DNA of 64,000 nt from Pyrodictiaceae archaeon (lineage in GTDB: Archaea > Thermoproteota > Thermoprotei_A > Sulfolobales > Pyrodictiaceae). Made by a program: the position numbers and the translations under genes. Of the stretch, positions 1 through 9,224 are shown piece by piece; the first letter of the stretch is position 1, and the number at the start of each line of letters is the position of its first letter. The DNA is taken from NCBI GenBank assembly GCA_027036135.1, contig JALVSY010000007.1, positions 964,880-1,028,879 of the forward strand, written 5' to 3'. The notes below the pieces were generated by a model. That model was not told where the DNA came from. It made no database searches and was given only the letters and a program-made list of their open reading frames with translations.

Positions 1-212
1 GGCAAGGTATCGCCCAAGCTAGGACTCCTCTCAGCACTAGCTGCATCTATCTTGACGACGAGTATCGCTGGTTCAACATAGTAAGAGATATCATCAAGCA
101 ACGAGGAGATGTACCTACCCATGGGGTTCGTGGAGTCAAAGACACCCACTAAGACTATCTTATTCTCACGTATAATCCTCTCAGCATCACTCCATGTCTT
201 AGCATCTATCAA
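1..212 (-). CDS. Thioredoxin-fold-like protein without CxxC (runs off window start)
   Basis: Manual translation from TTG at 212, which overlaps the TGA of the upstream ORF: MIDAKTWSDAERIIRENKIVLVGVFDSTNPMGRYISSLLDDISYYVEPAILVVKIDA...; open to the window edge; pattern like a Trx N-terminus. Confidence 0.55.
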   Translation of the reverse strand, partial: MIDAKTWSDAERIIRENKIVLVGVFDSTNPMGRYISSLLDDISYYVEPAILVVKIDAASAERSPSLGDTL

Positions 213-1057
213 TACTCACCTGACCCCATTACTTCTTTTTTCTCAACCAAGAGGCTCTTAAGCAAATTACGCTCATCTTTAGATAGGTGTAGAACAACCT
301 CTCCACGTTCTGGCTGCATACTCGGAGGCTTAATGGATTCACCAACTACTACATACCCTTTCTCGATGGCTTCTTCAACATCTCTCGGCGAATAAAGCTC
401 CACGAACTCTACGAGCTTCTCCCGGAAGTCTATGGCTTCCTTAATTTCCTTTTCTGAAAGCTCTCTACCGCACACCATGCATACTAGATCCGGAGTTACA
501 GCGCGGAAACCACAATAAGGACAAGCTATTGGTGTAGGTGAGCCGTATCTCTCCCAGATGGCCCTGAGTAGAGGGATTAGGTCCTCTCTCCCCAGCCTCT
601 TAGCCTCTCTATAGAGCCTAGGCATATACTTTGCAGCAACCCCTTCTCCATAGCTCGCAACGAACTCCAGCTGCTCCGGAGTAAGTTTATCGAATTTCTC
701 GAGAAGATACGCAGATACAAGCACGTAAACATGCTTACTGGTGGCTATAATCCTTGAAATTATAGCATCCTTTGAGGGCCTCGATGAGTACCGTTCTAGA
801 AGCCCCTCAATAACTGGTCGCAGAGCCTCAATGAGCTGCTCCCGTGAAAGCCCGAGAAGATCAAGCCCTAGCCTAGATGCTATATCGTCAACCATGCTCT
901 CTAGTAGCTTAACGGGATCAATCTTTACAGAGGCTCTCGGACGTACACCTCTATGGCTTGTTCTCTTTTTACTTGACTTGCTAGACTGGGTTGAGGGGGA
1001 TAGGCTAGTGTCAAGAGTCTTTACTCCGCGTGCTCTCCTTCGTCTACCACGAGGCAA
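209..1057 (-). CDS. Hypothetical protein with C4 zinc finger and basic N-terminal tail
   Basis: 282-aa ORF; CPYC...CMVC motif; Arg/Lys-rich N-terminus. Confidence 0.8.
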   Translation of the reverse strand: MPRGRRRRARGVKTLDTSLSPSTQSSKSSKKRTSHRGVRPRASVKIDPVKLLESMVDDIASRLGLDLLGLSREQLIEALRPVIEGLLERYSSRPSKDAIISRIIATSKHVYVLVSAYLLEKFDKLTPEQLEFVASYGEGVAAKYMPRLYREAKRLGREDLIPLLRAIWERYGSPTPIACPYCGFRAVTPDLVCMVCGRELSEKEIKEAIDFREKLVEFVELYSPRDVEEAIEKGYVVVGESIKPPSMQPERGEVVLHLSKDERNLLKSLLVEKKEVMGSGEY

Positions 1058-1164
1058 TCAGCACCAAGCCCGAAGAGAGAAGTGATACAAGTAACCCCTT
1101 TTTAGCATCAAAGCCTGGATAGAGAGCAACATTAATTCTAGGCAAGGAACCCAATGGAGAGCAA

Positions 1165-1236
1165 GGGGGAGATGTTGTCACTTGCCCCCCGCGACCCTTG
1201 GCAGGGGATGACGACATTACCGCGAACAGAACCCCC
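1165..1236 (+). ncRNA. Box C/D sRNA, predicted to guide 16S helix 18 (530 loop) methylation
   Basis: GGGGG/CCCCC terminal stem; degenerate C ATGTTGT, D' GCGA, C' ATGACGA, D CAGA; guides CACTTGCCCCCC and CATTACCGCGAA complementary to recalled crenarchaeal 16S GGGGGGCAAGU and CGCGGUAAU. Confidence 0.75.
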
Positions 1237-1289
1237 ACTTTTCTACGAGGCTTCCTCAGCAATAATGGGCAGCGATCTTTGCTTCTTGC

Positions 1290-1607
1290 CTAATAATACT
1301 CGTCGTACCAGTCATGTTCTCGCCTAACATATATTGCGCCATTTTTTGCAGCATAGCGGCTAATTATGTAGCTAAGTACTATTTCTAGTTGCTTCTTCCT
1401 CCTCCTAGCATTGCGAAGAACTCTCTCGAGATCCTCGAACGTAAAGTTTTTACCCTTAAACCAGGCCTTACTGAGCCTTCGATATATGTATCGGAGCAGC
1501 TCCTCGTACTCGTCTTCAAGGTCAACATTATAACGATACTTGTACACTATTTCTTCAATCAAGTCCCCGAGATACTTATCGACAAGCATTAGCGCGTCTT
1601 CTTCCAT
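1290..1607 (-). CDS. Hypothetical helical protein
   Basis: 105-aa ORF with ATG start and typical charged thermophile composition. Confidence 0.7.
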   Translation of the reverse strand: MEEDALMLVDKYLGDLIEEIVYKYRYNVDLEDEYEELLRYIYRRLSKAWFKGKNFTFEDLERVLRNARRRKKQLEIVLSYIISRYAAKNGAIYVRREHDWYDEYY

Positions 1608-1702
1608 GGCACTGCACTCCAGTATGGCTACTATCTTCGAGCTACACCCTATAACTTCTTCCCCTCATGGTAGTCCCATGCGTTGTATAGGAGCAAGAAG
1701 GA

Positions 1703-1771
1703 GAGGCTCAGAGGCTACCATTATCCTCATAGAGCACTGTATCTCGGCTATACCGGGCTCAGCACAGCCCC
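1703..1771 (-). ncRNA. Box C/D sRNA candidate
   Basis: GGGGCT-GTGCTGA(C)-GCCCGGTATAG-CCGA(D')-13 nt-ATGAGGA(C')-TAATGGTAGCCT-CTGA(D)-GCCTC; targets not identified. Confidence 0.65.
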
Positions 1772-1836
1772 TTGGAAATATCGGAGTAGCCGGGGATTAA
1801 TGAACATAGTGATAACAAGGTATGCCGGGGAGACAA

Positions 1837-1903
1837 GGGCTCAGTATGCTCGTGCGTCCTCACATGAGCCTAGTCCTAGGTATCCGGGGAGTCATCACAG
1901 CCC
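1837..1903 (-). ncRNA. Box C/D sRNA candidate
   Basis: GGGC/GCCC stem; C GTGATGA; guide CTCCCCGGATAC; D' CTAG; C'-like ATGTGA; guide GGACGCACGAGCATA; D CTGA. Confidence 0.7.
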
Positions 1904-1980
1904 GCTCGGAGTTCGAGACAAGGTAATCAAGGTATAAATAAAATTAGCTAGCTCTCGTATCATTAACGTGGCGAGCTTCT

Positions 1981-2715
1981 ATGAAGCCCCAGCATATAAG
2001 GATAGAACCTAGCCAATTAGCTGAAAAAGTTGTTGTTGTAGGTGACCCTGCAAGAGCTAAGTACTTAGCAGAGCATTTTCTTGATGACGCTGAGCTAGTT
2101 AATACAGAGCGCTGTTTCAACATATATACTGGCTACTATAGGGGCGAGAGGATAAGCGTAGCTGTTCATGGCATAGGCGCAGCCTCGGCAGCAATAGTAT
2201 TTGAGGAGCTCCGAATGCTCGGGGCCAAGGTAATGATACGCTTAGGGACAGCAGGGGGTCTCATACCACAGCTAGACATAGGTGACGCGGTAGTAGCTAC
2301 TGGTGCAGCCTATATACATGGTGGCACCATAGGATCCTATGTACCAGATGCGTGCATGGTTGCTGCACCGAATCCAATACTAACAGCAAAGCTATACGAG
2401 AAAGCAGAGAACATTCATGGCCGTGTATTCCTCGGCCCTGTCTTTAGTAGTGACGCATTCTATGCAGAGGATAAGGACTTCGTAGCCAAGTGGTCGAGGA
2501 GGGGGATAATAGCTGTTGAAATGGAGGTAGCGGCACTTTACTCCCTAGCAGCTATGAGAGGATTCGATGCCTCAGCCCTCCTAGTAATCTCTGATAACCT
2601 AGCTGTACCAGGCAAAGAGGAACTAAAGCACCATAAAGAGCTAGAACCCTATGTAGAGAAGGCCGCAAAAGCTGTATTTGAGACTCTCCGAGAATACAAG
2701 CCGATAAGCAAGTAG
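1981..2715 (+). CDS. Purine nucleoside / methylthioadenosine phosphorylase (PNP_UDP_1, DeoD-type)
   Basis: GDPARA, HGIGAASAAIVFEEL, IRLGTAG, SSDAFY and AVEME motifs. Confidence 0.92.
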   Translation: MKPQHIRIEPSQLAEKVVVVGDPARAKYLAEHFLDDAELVNTERCFNIYTGYYRGERISVAVHGIGAASAAIVFEELRMLGAKVMIRLGTAGGLIPQLDIGDAVVATGAAYIHGGTIGSYVPDACMVAAPNPILTAKLYEKAENIHGRVFLGPVFSSDAFYAEDKDFVAKWSRRGIIAVEMEVAALYSLAAMRGFDASALLVISDNLAVPGKEELKHHKELEPYVEKAAKAVFETLREYKPISK

Positions 2716-2742
2716 TACCCCTCACTACTCTCATACTTTTAT

Positions 2743-2801
2743 GGCCGCTGACGACGCCTTGGACGCACTGACTGGTGAGGTAAGCCGTGGTCGCTGAGGC
2801 C
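2743..2801 (+). ncRNA. Box C/D sRNA candidate overlapping the start of the downstream ORF
   Basis: GGCC/GGCC stem; C-like CTGACGA, 13-nt guide, CTGA (D'), GGTGAGG (C'-like, also SD-like), 13-nt guide, CTGA (D). Confidence 0.5.
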
Positions 2802-3152
2802 GATCCCAGGGAATACAAGGACTTACTTAGGTCCAAGGGGCTAAGAGTTGAGGAAAGGAAATCAGCTCAGAAAACCCTCGATGGCAATGTTCTAGGTTAC
2901 CACACGGTTACTGGTTATCGCGAAGGAGCATATAAGATAAGCATACGTCTAAGCCCGGAGCCAAAAACAATACACTTCGTAGTAAATGCGAAAGATAATG
3001 CAGCAGCTAGTAGACTTGCGGACAAACTCGACGACGAACTAGGTATACTAAGTGATGTAGATAACGAAGTTGTACGCGGACAGACACGCCATGTCACTAA
3101 GAACGTAGTGAAAAGAATCGTTGAACTAGCAGAGGAGGCAACACATTCATGA
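2787..3152 (+). CDS. Conserved hypothetical protein (tentative resemblance to crenarchaeal ribosomal protein aL45)
   Basis: 121-aa ORF, GTG start with GGTGAGG SD; family link from memory only. Confidence 0.7.
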   Translation: MVAEADPREYKDLLRSKGLRVEERKSAQKTLDGNVLGYHTVTGYREGAYKISIRLSPEPKTIHFVVNAKDNAAASRLADKLDDELGILSDVDNEVVRGQTRHVTKNVVKRIVELAEEATHS

Positions 3153-4198
3153 ATTACAACCCATGCAATTCTTTGCTAACGGTGCTAAGCGATATAACCG
3201 AGTCATTACCGTATTGCCGCGTCTTGTCAACTATATTATCAGAGCCAAATATCCCCTCAGTACTGAAAGCGCTAGGAATAAAGGAAATAGAGTGCTCAGA
3301 CAAATTATCACAAATCATGCCCCCTTTAAGTATGACAAGAAGCTTGGTCTTAAGAGGGCTTAGCGGCGACGAGATAACACTAAGACAGGGTTCTCAGGGA
3401 GGCGCTCTTATCGCTGACCTACCATTGCTACATCCGCCAAGGATTTATCGCGGCCCGCTCTACAGCTACATGAGAGGCATACTTAGCAAGCTAGCTAATG
3501 AACTAGGTGCGGAGAAACCTCCGCTGGTTGCCGACGCTTTTATTCCGGGCATAAAGCGCCTATGTAGACCCAAGCTTGGATGTATGCCTAGGAGGCAGTA
3601 CAACTACCTTGACGAAAGAATAAGTATTGAGACACTTTATCCACGTATTGTCTGGCCAACGATACTTGGTTGGGCACGAGTTAGGCTAAGAAGCCAAGAG
3701 GAGTTTCTCTCTCCCTTTATCTGTGTGGGGCGCAGGGATCACTATCTTAACGTCTTATGCGTAGAGGAGAGATGTAGATTCAGTATTAGCCAAGAAGGAG
3801 TTATCAGAGTCATAGAGGGTGATGCAATCTATAGCCAGGGGACACGGTGCAACAAAACCAAGCTATACATAGACTATCTCATAGGCAATAGTTATAGTGA
3901 AGAATTCGAGGTCAAGAGGCCAGCCTTATGGTCGCCAACATTAGCTATACCTCTTGGTGCCAGTAAGACGGGGAATATGCTTGAGTTGTGTATATGGAAC
4001 CCTTACACTTTCCCCAAGCTTCACGAAGTGGTGATAGAGGACTACCGTATACAAAACGCATATGTGCACTCTAGTATCGATGAGTGGGAGCAACTAGAGC
4101 CTAACTATAACCGCGTAAACGTTGGAATACCTGGTCTCGGCCTAGCTAGGCTTCGCTTGGTGCTGCGTAAATTACCTCCTCTCCTGCGCAAGCGCTAG
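3149..4198 (+). CDS. Hypothetical protein; C-terminal beta domain reminiscent of GH38 C-terminus
   Basis: 349-aa ORF, ATGA-coupled to upstream gene; C-terminal LCIWNPY...VGIPGLGLARLRL. Confidence 0.65.
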   Translation: MNYNPCNSLLTVLSDITESLPYCRVLSTILSEPNIPSVLKALGIKEIECSDKLSQIMPPLSMTRSLVLRGLSGDEITLRQGSQGGALIADLPLLHPPRIYRGPLYSYMRGILSKLANELGAEKPPLVADAFIPGIKRLCRPKLGCMPRRQYNYLDERISIETLYPRIVWPTILGWARVRLRSQEEFLSPFICVGRRDHYLNVLCVEERCRFSISQEGVIRVIEGDAIYSQGTRCNKTKLYIDYLIGNSYSEEFEVKRPALWSPTLAIPLGASKTGNMLELCIWNPYTFPKLHEVVIEDYRIQNAYVHSSIDEWEQLEPNYNRVNVGIPGLGLARLRLVLRKLPPLLRKR

Positions 4199-4578
4199 TG
4201 GGCAGGTCCACTCACAGCACATTCTTCCTTATTGAAGCCTTGCTCAACCTTAGAGCGCAGTTTTGTACATATTTCGCATAAGTATTTTGATATAGTGTAC
4301 TCCTCTACTGTCCCGCTTATAATCTGCTCTGCTAACTTGCTTACGAGGCCGTAGAGCTCCTTGTCATTCAGTATTATGTCGACATAGTCTCTGCCTCTGC
4401 GTCCCAGTATGTAGTTTGATACAGCTGCAGGTGTTATCCTAAGTAGCTTAGCTGTACGATATATTGATAGCTCGTAGTCCTTTACTAGTACTATTGCTAG
4501 TGATGCTCGGATTGATGGAACATATTTCCTTACTGCTAGCTCGCAGGGCGTTACAAGGATTCCTGCAGACTTATCCAT
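4195..4578 (-). CDS. HTH transcriptional regulator (COG2522-like)
   Basis: TPCE...VPSIRA...AKLLRITPAAVSNY...CEIC pattern. Confidence 0.8.
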   Translation of the reverse strand: MDKSAGILVTPCELAVRKYVPSIRASLAIVLVKDYELSIYRTAKLLRITPAAVSNYILGRRGRDYVDIILNDKELYGLVSKLAEQIISGTVEEYTISKYLCEICTKLRSKVEQGFNKEECAVSGPAH

Positions 4579-4799
4579 AGCTAAAAGCCCATATATTCAC
4601 ACGTTAAGGAGTACCCCTTATAATAGCTTACCCCTCTGGATAACGCTTGTACAAGAAGGAACAAAAGTAGTAGAAGTCATATATTCTTCATAAATGATAT
4701 TATTTGTGGTAATACTTTAAGTTCTCCTAGCATTCATTATGGAAAGCCTCTAAAACTATTAGCCAGTAGCATCTCCGGGTAAAGAGGGGTGATTAGAGA

Positions 4800-5528
4800 G
4801 TGTCCATTGATTTAGTCCGTATGGAGATAGATCAGGAGACTCGAGAGGCCATCCGTGAGGCTTTCCAGGACCTAGAGAAACCAGTAACAATAAACGTGTT
4901 CATTGGACCAAATTGTAAATACTGCGACGAAAGTATAAAGATAGCAAAGGTCCTGGAAGAGGAAGCGCCAGTAAAGAATGGGGAGAAACTGGTAAAGGTA
5001 AGAATATTCGAGAAGGGTAAAGACGATGAAGAATTTAGGAGACAAAAAGTAGAGAGAATACCGACGACAACGCTTCTTGACGGCTCTATAAGGTATACAG
5101 GGACACCTAGCGGAGAGGAAATACGAGGCCTTGTTGAAACCATAATACGTATATCGCAAGAAGATAGTGGTCTTGACCCCTCCACTGTCGAGAAAATAAA
5201 GTCAATAAAGAAGCCCGTTCACATAGAGGTAGTTGTTACTCCGCAGTGTCCTTATTGCCCGTATGCCGCTCTCTTAGCAAACATGTTCGCTTTCGAGGCT
5301 TGGAGAAATGGTAAGAAGGACTTCATAGCAGATACTGTAGAAGCGTACGAGAACCCAGACATAGCTGATAAGTATCACGTGACCTCAGTACCAGCCATAG
5401 CCATTAATGGCATATTAGCATTTGTCGGAGTACCCTATGAGGAGGACTTCATAGAGAGAATCATAGACGCGGTTGAGGGAAGAAAGTTCAAGACAGAAGT
5501 AATAGCAGAAAGCGCAACTAAGATGTAG
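4800..5528 (+). CDS. Protein disulfide oxidoreductase (PDO, two thioredoxin units)
   Basis: CKYC and CPYC active sites; RYTGTPSGEE, VTSVP and FVGVP motifs. Confidence 0.92.
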   Translation: MSIDLVRMEIDQETREAIREAFQDLEKPVTINVFIGPNCKYCDESIKIAKVLEEEAPVKNGEKLVKVRIFEKGKDDEEFRRQKVERIPTTTLLDGSIRYTGTPSGEEIRGLVETIIRISQEDSGLDPSTVEKIKSIKKPVHIEVVVTPQCPYCPYAALLANMFAFEAWRNGKKDFIADTVEAYENPDIADKYHVTSVPAIAINGILAFVGVPYEEDFIERIIDAVEGRKFKTEVIAESATKM

Positions 5529-5540
5529 AGGACTAAAATA

Positions 5541-5606
5541 GGGCTCAGCCAAATGCCTTTTCTTCATAACACTTTATATCCGCGTCGGGAGTAATCTTCA
5601 TCGCCC
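5541..5606 (-). ncRNA. Box C/D sRNA, predicted to guide 23S H69-H71 methylation
   Basis: GGGC/GCCC stem; C ATGAAGA, D' CGGA, C' ATGAAGA, D CTGA; guides TTACTCCCGACG and AAAGGCATTTGG complementary to recalled 23S CGGGAGUAA and CCAAAUGCCUU; the +5 rule gives roughly E. coli A1938. Confidence 0.85.
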
Positions 5607-5644
5607 TGCTGCCGCAGTGTTATAGAGAGCACTGGATACTTGTT

Positions 5645-7618
5645 CTAGCCAGTTTTATTCTCATTAATTATTTCCGTTATCTTTCTGCGCACTATTTCTG
5701 CAACCGTTCTTCCATCAACTTTTCCACGTAACTCTGCCATGGCTCTGCCCATCACTTTGTTCATGGCCCTTAAACCTTTTTCTCTTATTTCGTCCTTTAG
5801 CTCATTGACAATTTCGGAGACTATCTTTTCCACTACTTGTTTATCTATAACCGTTATTCCTAGCTCCTTTACCGCGTCCTCAACGTGCTTGTCAGGGTTT
5901 TTCGCTAAGTAGGTTAGTACGTCGGGGACAGCGTCCTTAGGCAACTCTCCCTTAGCTATCGCGGCTACAACTTCTTCTATATGATAATCATGTATGTTCT
6001 CTACATTGATCCCTTCTCTAGATAGGCTCCTTATTATGTTCGTGAATATGGATGCTATGTAGGACGGCGATACCTTGGAGCCATACTTCTCTGCAAGCTC
6101 CTCAAACAAATCAAGTCTTACATCGCGAATTATTTGCTTAGCAAGCTCTGGACTTAGCCTGTATCTCTTTATGAGAGTTTCTAGTTTCTCCTGGGGCTTT
6201 GGCGGAACAAGTTTACGTGCCTCATCCAGGAGCTCGTCCGTGACCTCGATGGGTGGTATATCGGTCTCCGGATACATTCTGGCAGAGCCGGGCTGTGGCC
6301 GCATAAACCTCGTAGTGCCGTCGTCCCTTGCAGCGCGTGTCTCTTTTGGTACGCCGTGGAGGGCACAGGCAGCTCGCTCGAGCACGGCCTTTAGGGCCTT
6401 CCTAGCATTATCCTCTCTATCCGCTACAATTACTATTGCGTCTCTCTCCCTATCGGCGTTAAGTGCTTCATATAGTTTATCGACCTCGTCCTGGGATATG
6501 CCATAATTTGGTAACTCATCCGTATGGAAGAGACCACCAACACCGCCCCAGAATCTTGCATAATCAGCTAGCTCTGTACCGAATCTCCTACCAGGTTGAA
6601 CCTCTACGCCTAGTAAGCCTGCGAAGCCGGGTAGTTTCACTGCTAGTACCTTGCCACCGCTTCTTAGTGCTCTTTTTATTACCTTTGACCTAGTATTCTT
6701 GAATACATGAGTTACATCAACTATTCCTTGGCCTACTATGTCCTCTTCTTTTACCCCCCGGTTCCTTAGCTCATCTCGGATCTCAAGTAGTCTCTTCTGC
6801 CTAATGGCCTCGTAGAGAACAATCTTAGGTAATAGATCTAGTCGTTGTACACCCTTGATTTCGGTCTTTACACCCCCTCTTATAGACACGTTGAGGTCCT
6901 GCCTAATGGTTCCTATTCCACGTTTTACCTTCTTGGTGAGCCGGAGAAGCTGGCCTATGGTCAGAGCTGCCTCGTATGCTTCCTCAGGGGTCTCTATATC
7001 TGGCGCGGTTGAGATCTCTATTAATGGTATTCCAAGCCTGTCAAGCATATAGTGGGTGTATCGGCCTTCTTCGCGTATTTTCCTGGCAGCGTCTTCCTCA
7101 ATGGCTATGGTCTGTATACCTATTTTCTTACCGCTTGGTATTTCTATTTCTCCTCCAAGGCTTATTATGGCTGTTCGCTGGAAGCCAGTCGTATTAGAGC
7201 CGTCAATAACTATCTTTCTCATAACGTAGACTTCGTCAACGGGGGAGGACTTTAGTGCAAGAGCGACTGCTAAGCCAATGAGGAGTGCTTCTCTATTAAG
7301 CTCGTGAGGGGGCTCCTCGTCAGCCTCAACAAGGCAGACAGATTCCCGCGGGGCATGATAATGGTATAACCTCCCTTTGCGCCACTCGAAGAGAGCGGCT
7401 ATATCAACTTCTCCTAGCTCGCTACGAGTCGGCCTAAGCTGCCTTATGAACTCGTCTACCTCGTGCCCTGTCTCCTCGTGTATTAGCTCGGTGGGGCATC
7501 CACAGAAGAGCTTATGCCTTGTGTCGAGTTGCTGGTGTATCTCTAGCCCTACTTTTAGCCCAAGCTCTCGGGGATCATACTTTGCCGGGTCTACTCTCTT
7601 CTCGATCAATGAGGCCAC
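5645..7618 (-). CDS. gatE: Glu-tRNA(Gln) amidotransferase subunit E
   Basis: GLEIHQQL, KIVIDGSNTTGFQRT, GIGTIRQDLNVSI and PGSARMYPETD motifs. Confidence 0.97.
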   Translation of the reverse strand: MASLIEKRVDPAKYDPRELGLKVGLEIHQQLDTRHKLFCGCPTELIHEETGHEVDEFIRQLRPTRSELGEVDIAALFEWRKGRLYHYHAPRESVCLVEADEEPPHELNREALLIGLAVALALKSSPVDEVYVMRKIVIDGSNTTGFQRTAIISLGGEIEIPSGKKIGIQTIAIEEDAARKIREEGRYTHYMLDRLGIPLIEISTAPDIETPEEAYEAALTIGQLLRLTKKVKRGIGTIRQDLNVSIRGGVKTEIKGVQRLDLLPKIVLYEAIRQKRLLEIRDELRNRGVKEEDIVGQGIVDVTHVFKNTRSKVIKRALRSGGKVLAVKLPGFAGLLGVEVQPGRRFGTELADYARFWGGVGGLFHTDELPNYGISQDEVDKLYEALNADRERDAIVIVADREDNARKALKAVLERAACALHGVPKETRAARDDGTTRFMRPQPGSARMYPETDIPPIEVTDELLDEARKLVPPKPQEKLETLIKRYRLSPELAKQIIRDVRLDLFEELAEKYGSKVSPSYIASIFTNIIRSLSREGINVENIHDYHIEEVVAAIAKGELPKDAVPDVLTYLAKNPDKHVEDAVKELGITVIDKQVVEKIVSEIVNELKDEIREKGLRAMNKVMGRAMAELRGKVDGRTVAEIVRRKITEIINENKTG

Positions 7619-9000
7619 CTCGGGTAAAGGTCAATTGTATGCCTATACTCGATCTCACCAGCCAAGTTCTCGCGTACGAGCCTACGAGCTTCTTCAAAAG
7701 AATCCGTGTGAGCAAGTATCCAGGATAGTTTAACAAATGCAGTCTCCGGGAGCATATCGTCCCCGGGAACAACGCCTGCAGCTAATAGCTTCCGCCCAGT
7801 AATGTATACGTTCATGTTTACTCTGCCGAAGAGAGTCTGTGAGGTCATTACTACTACTACTTCATTCTCATAAGCCCTCTTAAGACTTTCTAGGAGCTGC
7901 TCACCTACATGTCCTAAACCAGTACCCTCAAGGACTATTCCTCTATATCCTCTATCAATTAGGAAGTCTATTATCTCAGGATCCATGCCAGGATAATACT
8001 TTATCAGTGCCACTTTTTTCTCGAACCCATTAGCGACGCTTAGTTCCTCCTCGCCGCGCCTGCGCAGCGGTGGGCGCAGTAGCTCTATTTTCCTCTCAAA
8101 CGGATAAACCTTGGCCAGGGGCCGTGCATTAATTGATTGGAACGCGTCCCTCCTACTTGTATGCATCTTCCGAACCTTTGTACCGCGATGCGCCAAGGCA
8201 TAAGTATCGCTAATTGTGCCGTGCATGACAACGGTTACTTCGGCAAAAGGTGCTTGGGCAGCTACCAGTACAGCCGATATGAGATTAAATGCTGCGTCGC
8301 TGCTTGGCCTATCACTGCTCCTCTGCGCGCCTACAAGCGCTACTGGGACTGGCAACCCTCTCAGCGCGAAGCTTAGCGCAGCAGCAGTATATGCCATCGT
8401 ATCAGTTCCGTGGGCTATAACTATGCCGTCAATGCCTTCCTCTATCTTCTCCGCGACAACGTTGACTATTTTCTCCCAGAGCATTGGGTTCATATTCTCG
8501 CTGAGTATATTCATGACGACTTCAGCGTCTATGTCAGCTATGAAACCAACCTCCGGCACGGCATCGAGTATATCACGTGCACTAAAAGCGGGCTTCACAG
8601 CACCAGTCTCATACTCGATACGGCTAGCAATAGTGCCGCCAGTTCCTAGTATCGTTACCTTGGGCCTCTTTCCGGGTGTTGGTTTTTCTTCTAGGAGAGG
8701 AATTACTGCAGGTGCGCCCTGCTTAGCTTCTTCTAGCAAGGCTTCCTTGGTCTTAATAACCTCCACCGCGGTGTTCTCATCGATTTTTACGCCTACGTTA
8801 TACCCGTTATCGAGCTTGACGACGATAATGGGGCGCGAGACAATGCTATAGCGGGGCATTAGGACTCCTTTAAATTCTCGTCCATCACCCCTCCTTATCC
8901 TTATATAATCACCTATTTTTGCACCAGCATTCTCGAGGAGTCTACGTGCAATACCAGTATATCCCTCAAGACCCAAGTTCATACGCCCAAGGATAACCAA
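7606..9000 (-). CDS. gatD: Glu-tRNA(Gln) amidotransferase subunit D (start may be ATG 8982)
   Basis: KLDNGYNVG, TGGTIAS, HGTDT and GAQRSSDRPSSD motifs; coupled to gatE. Confidence 0.97.
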   Translation of the reverse strand: MVILGRMNLGLEGYTGIARRLLENAGAKIGDYIRIRRGDGREFKGVLMPRYSIVSRPIIVVKLDNGYNVGVKIDENTAVEVIKTKEALLEEAKQGAPAVIPLLEEKPTPGKRPKVTILGTGGTIASRIEYETGAVKPAFSARDILDAVPEVGFIADIDAEVVMNILSENMNPMLWEKIVNVVAEKIEEGIDGIVIAHGTDTMAYTAAALSFALRGLPVPVALVGAQRSSDRPSSDAAFNLISAVLVAAQAPFAEVTVVMHGTISDTYALAHRGTKVRKMHTSRRDAFQSINARPLAKVYPFERKIELLRPPLRRRGEEELSVANGFEKKVALIKYYPGMDPEIIDFLIDRGYRGIVLEGTGLGHVGEQLLESLKRAYENEVVVVMTSQTLFGRVNMNVYITGRKLLAAGVVPGDDMLPETAFVKLSWILAHTDSFEEARRLVRENLAGEIEYRHTIDLYPRWPH

Positions 9001-9059
9001 TGTAGTAAAAGCCTATAAAAGGCCTAAACAAGCTAGCCTCTTCTCCCGGGGGAGCCTAT

Positions 9060-9224
9060 ATGCCAAGCCACGGATCGCTAACTAAGGCAGGCAAGGTGAG
9101 GAAACAGACACCAAAAATACCCGCAAAGCCAAGGAAGAATCCTGCGCCACGAGTACGCAACAGGAGAGAGTATAGAAGGCTTCTGGAGAAGATGCAGCAA
9201 GGACAAGTACCTATTAGGCGCTAA
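9060..9224 (+). CDS. rps30e: 30S ribosomal protein S30e (54 aa, below ORF-track cutoff)
   Basis: Manual translation [40 protein letters not shown]...; S30e signature. Confidence 0.95.
   Translation: MPSHGSLTKAGKVRKQTPKIPAKPRKNPAPRVRNRREYRRLLEKMQQGQVPIRR

Noticed and set aside
1140-1290. RNase P RNA (AACAGAACCCCCACTT on +, CTGAGGAAG on -)
   Set aside because: The two hallmark segments are on opposite strands and no P4 partner exists; a C/D sRNA explains the region better
1540-1937. ORF-track ORFs 1540-1800 and 1683-1937
   Set aside because: Atypical composition and antisense to the C/D sRNA cluster
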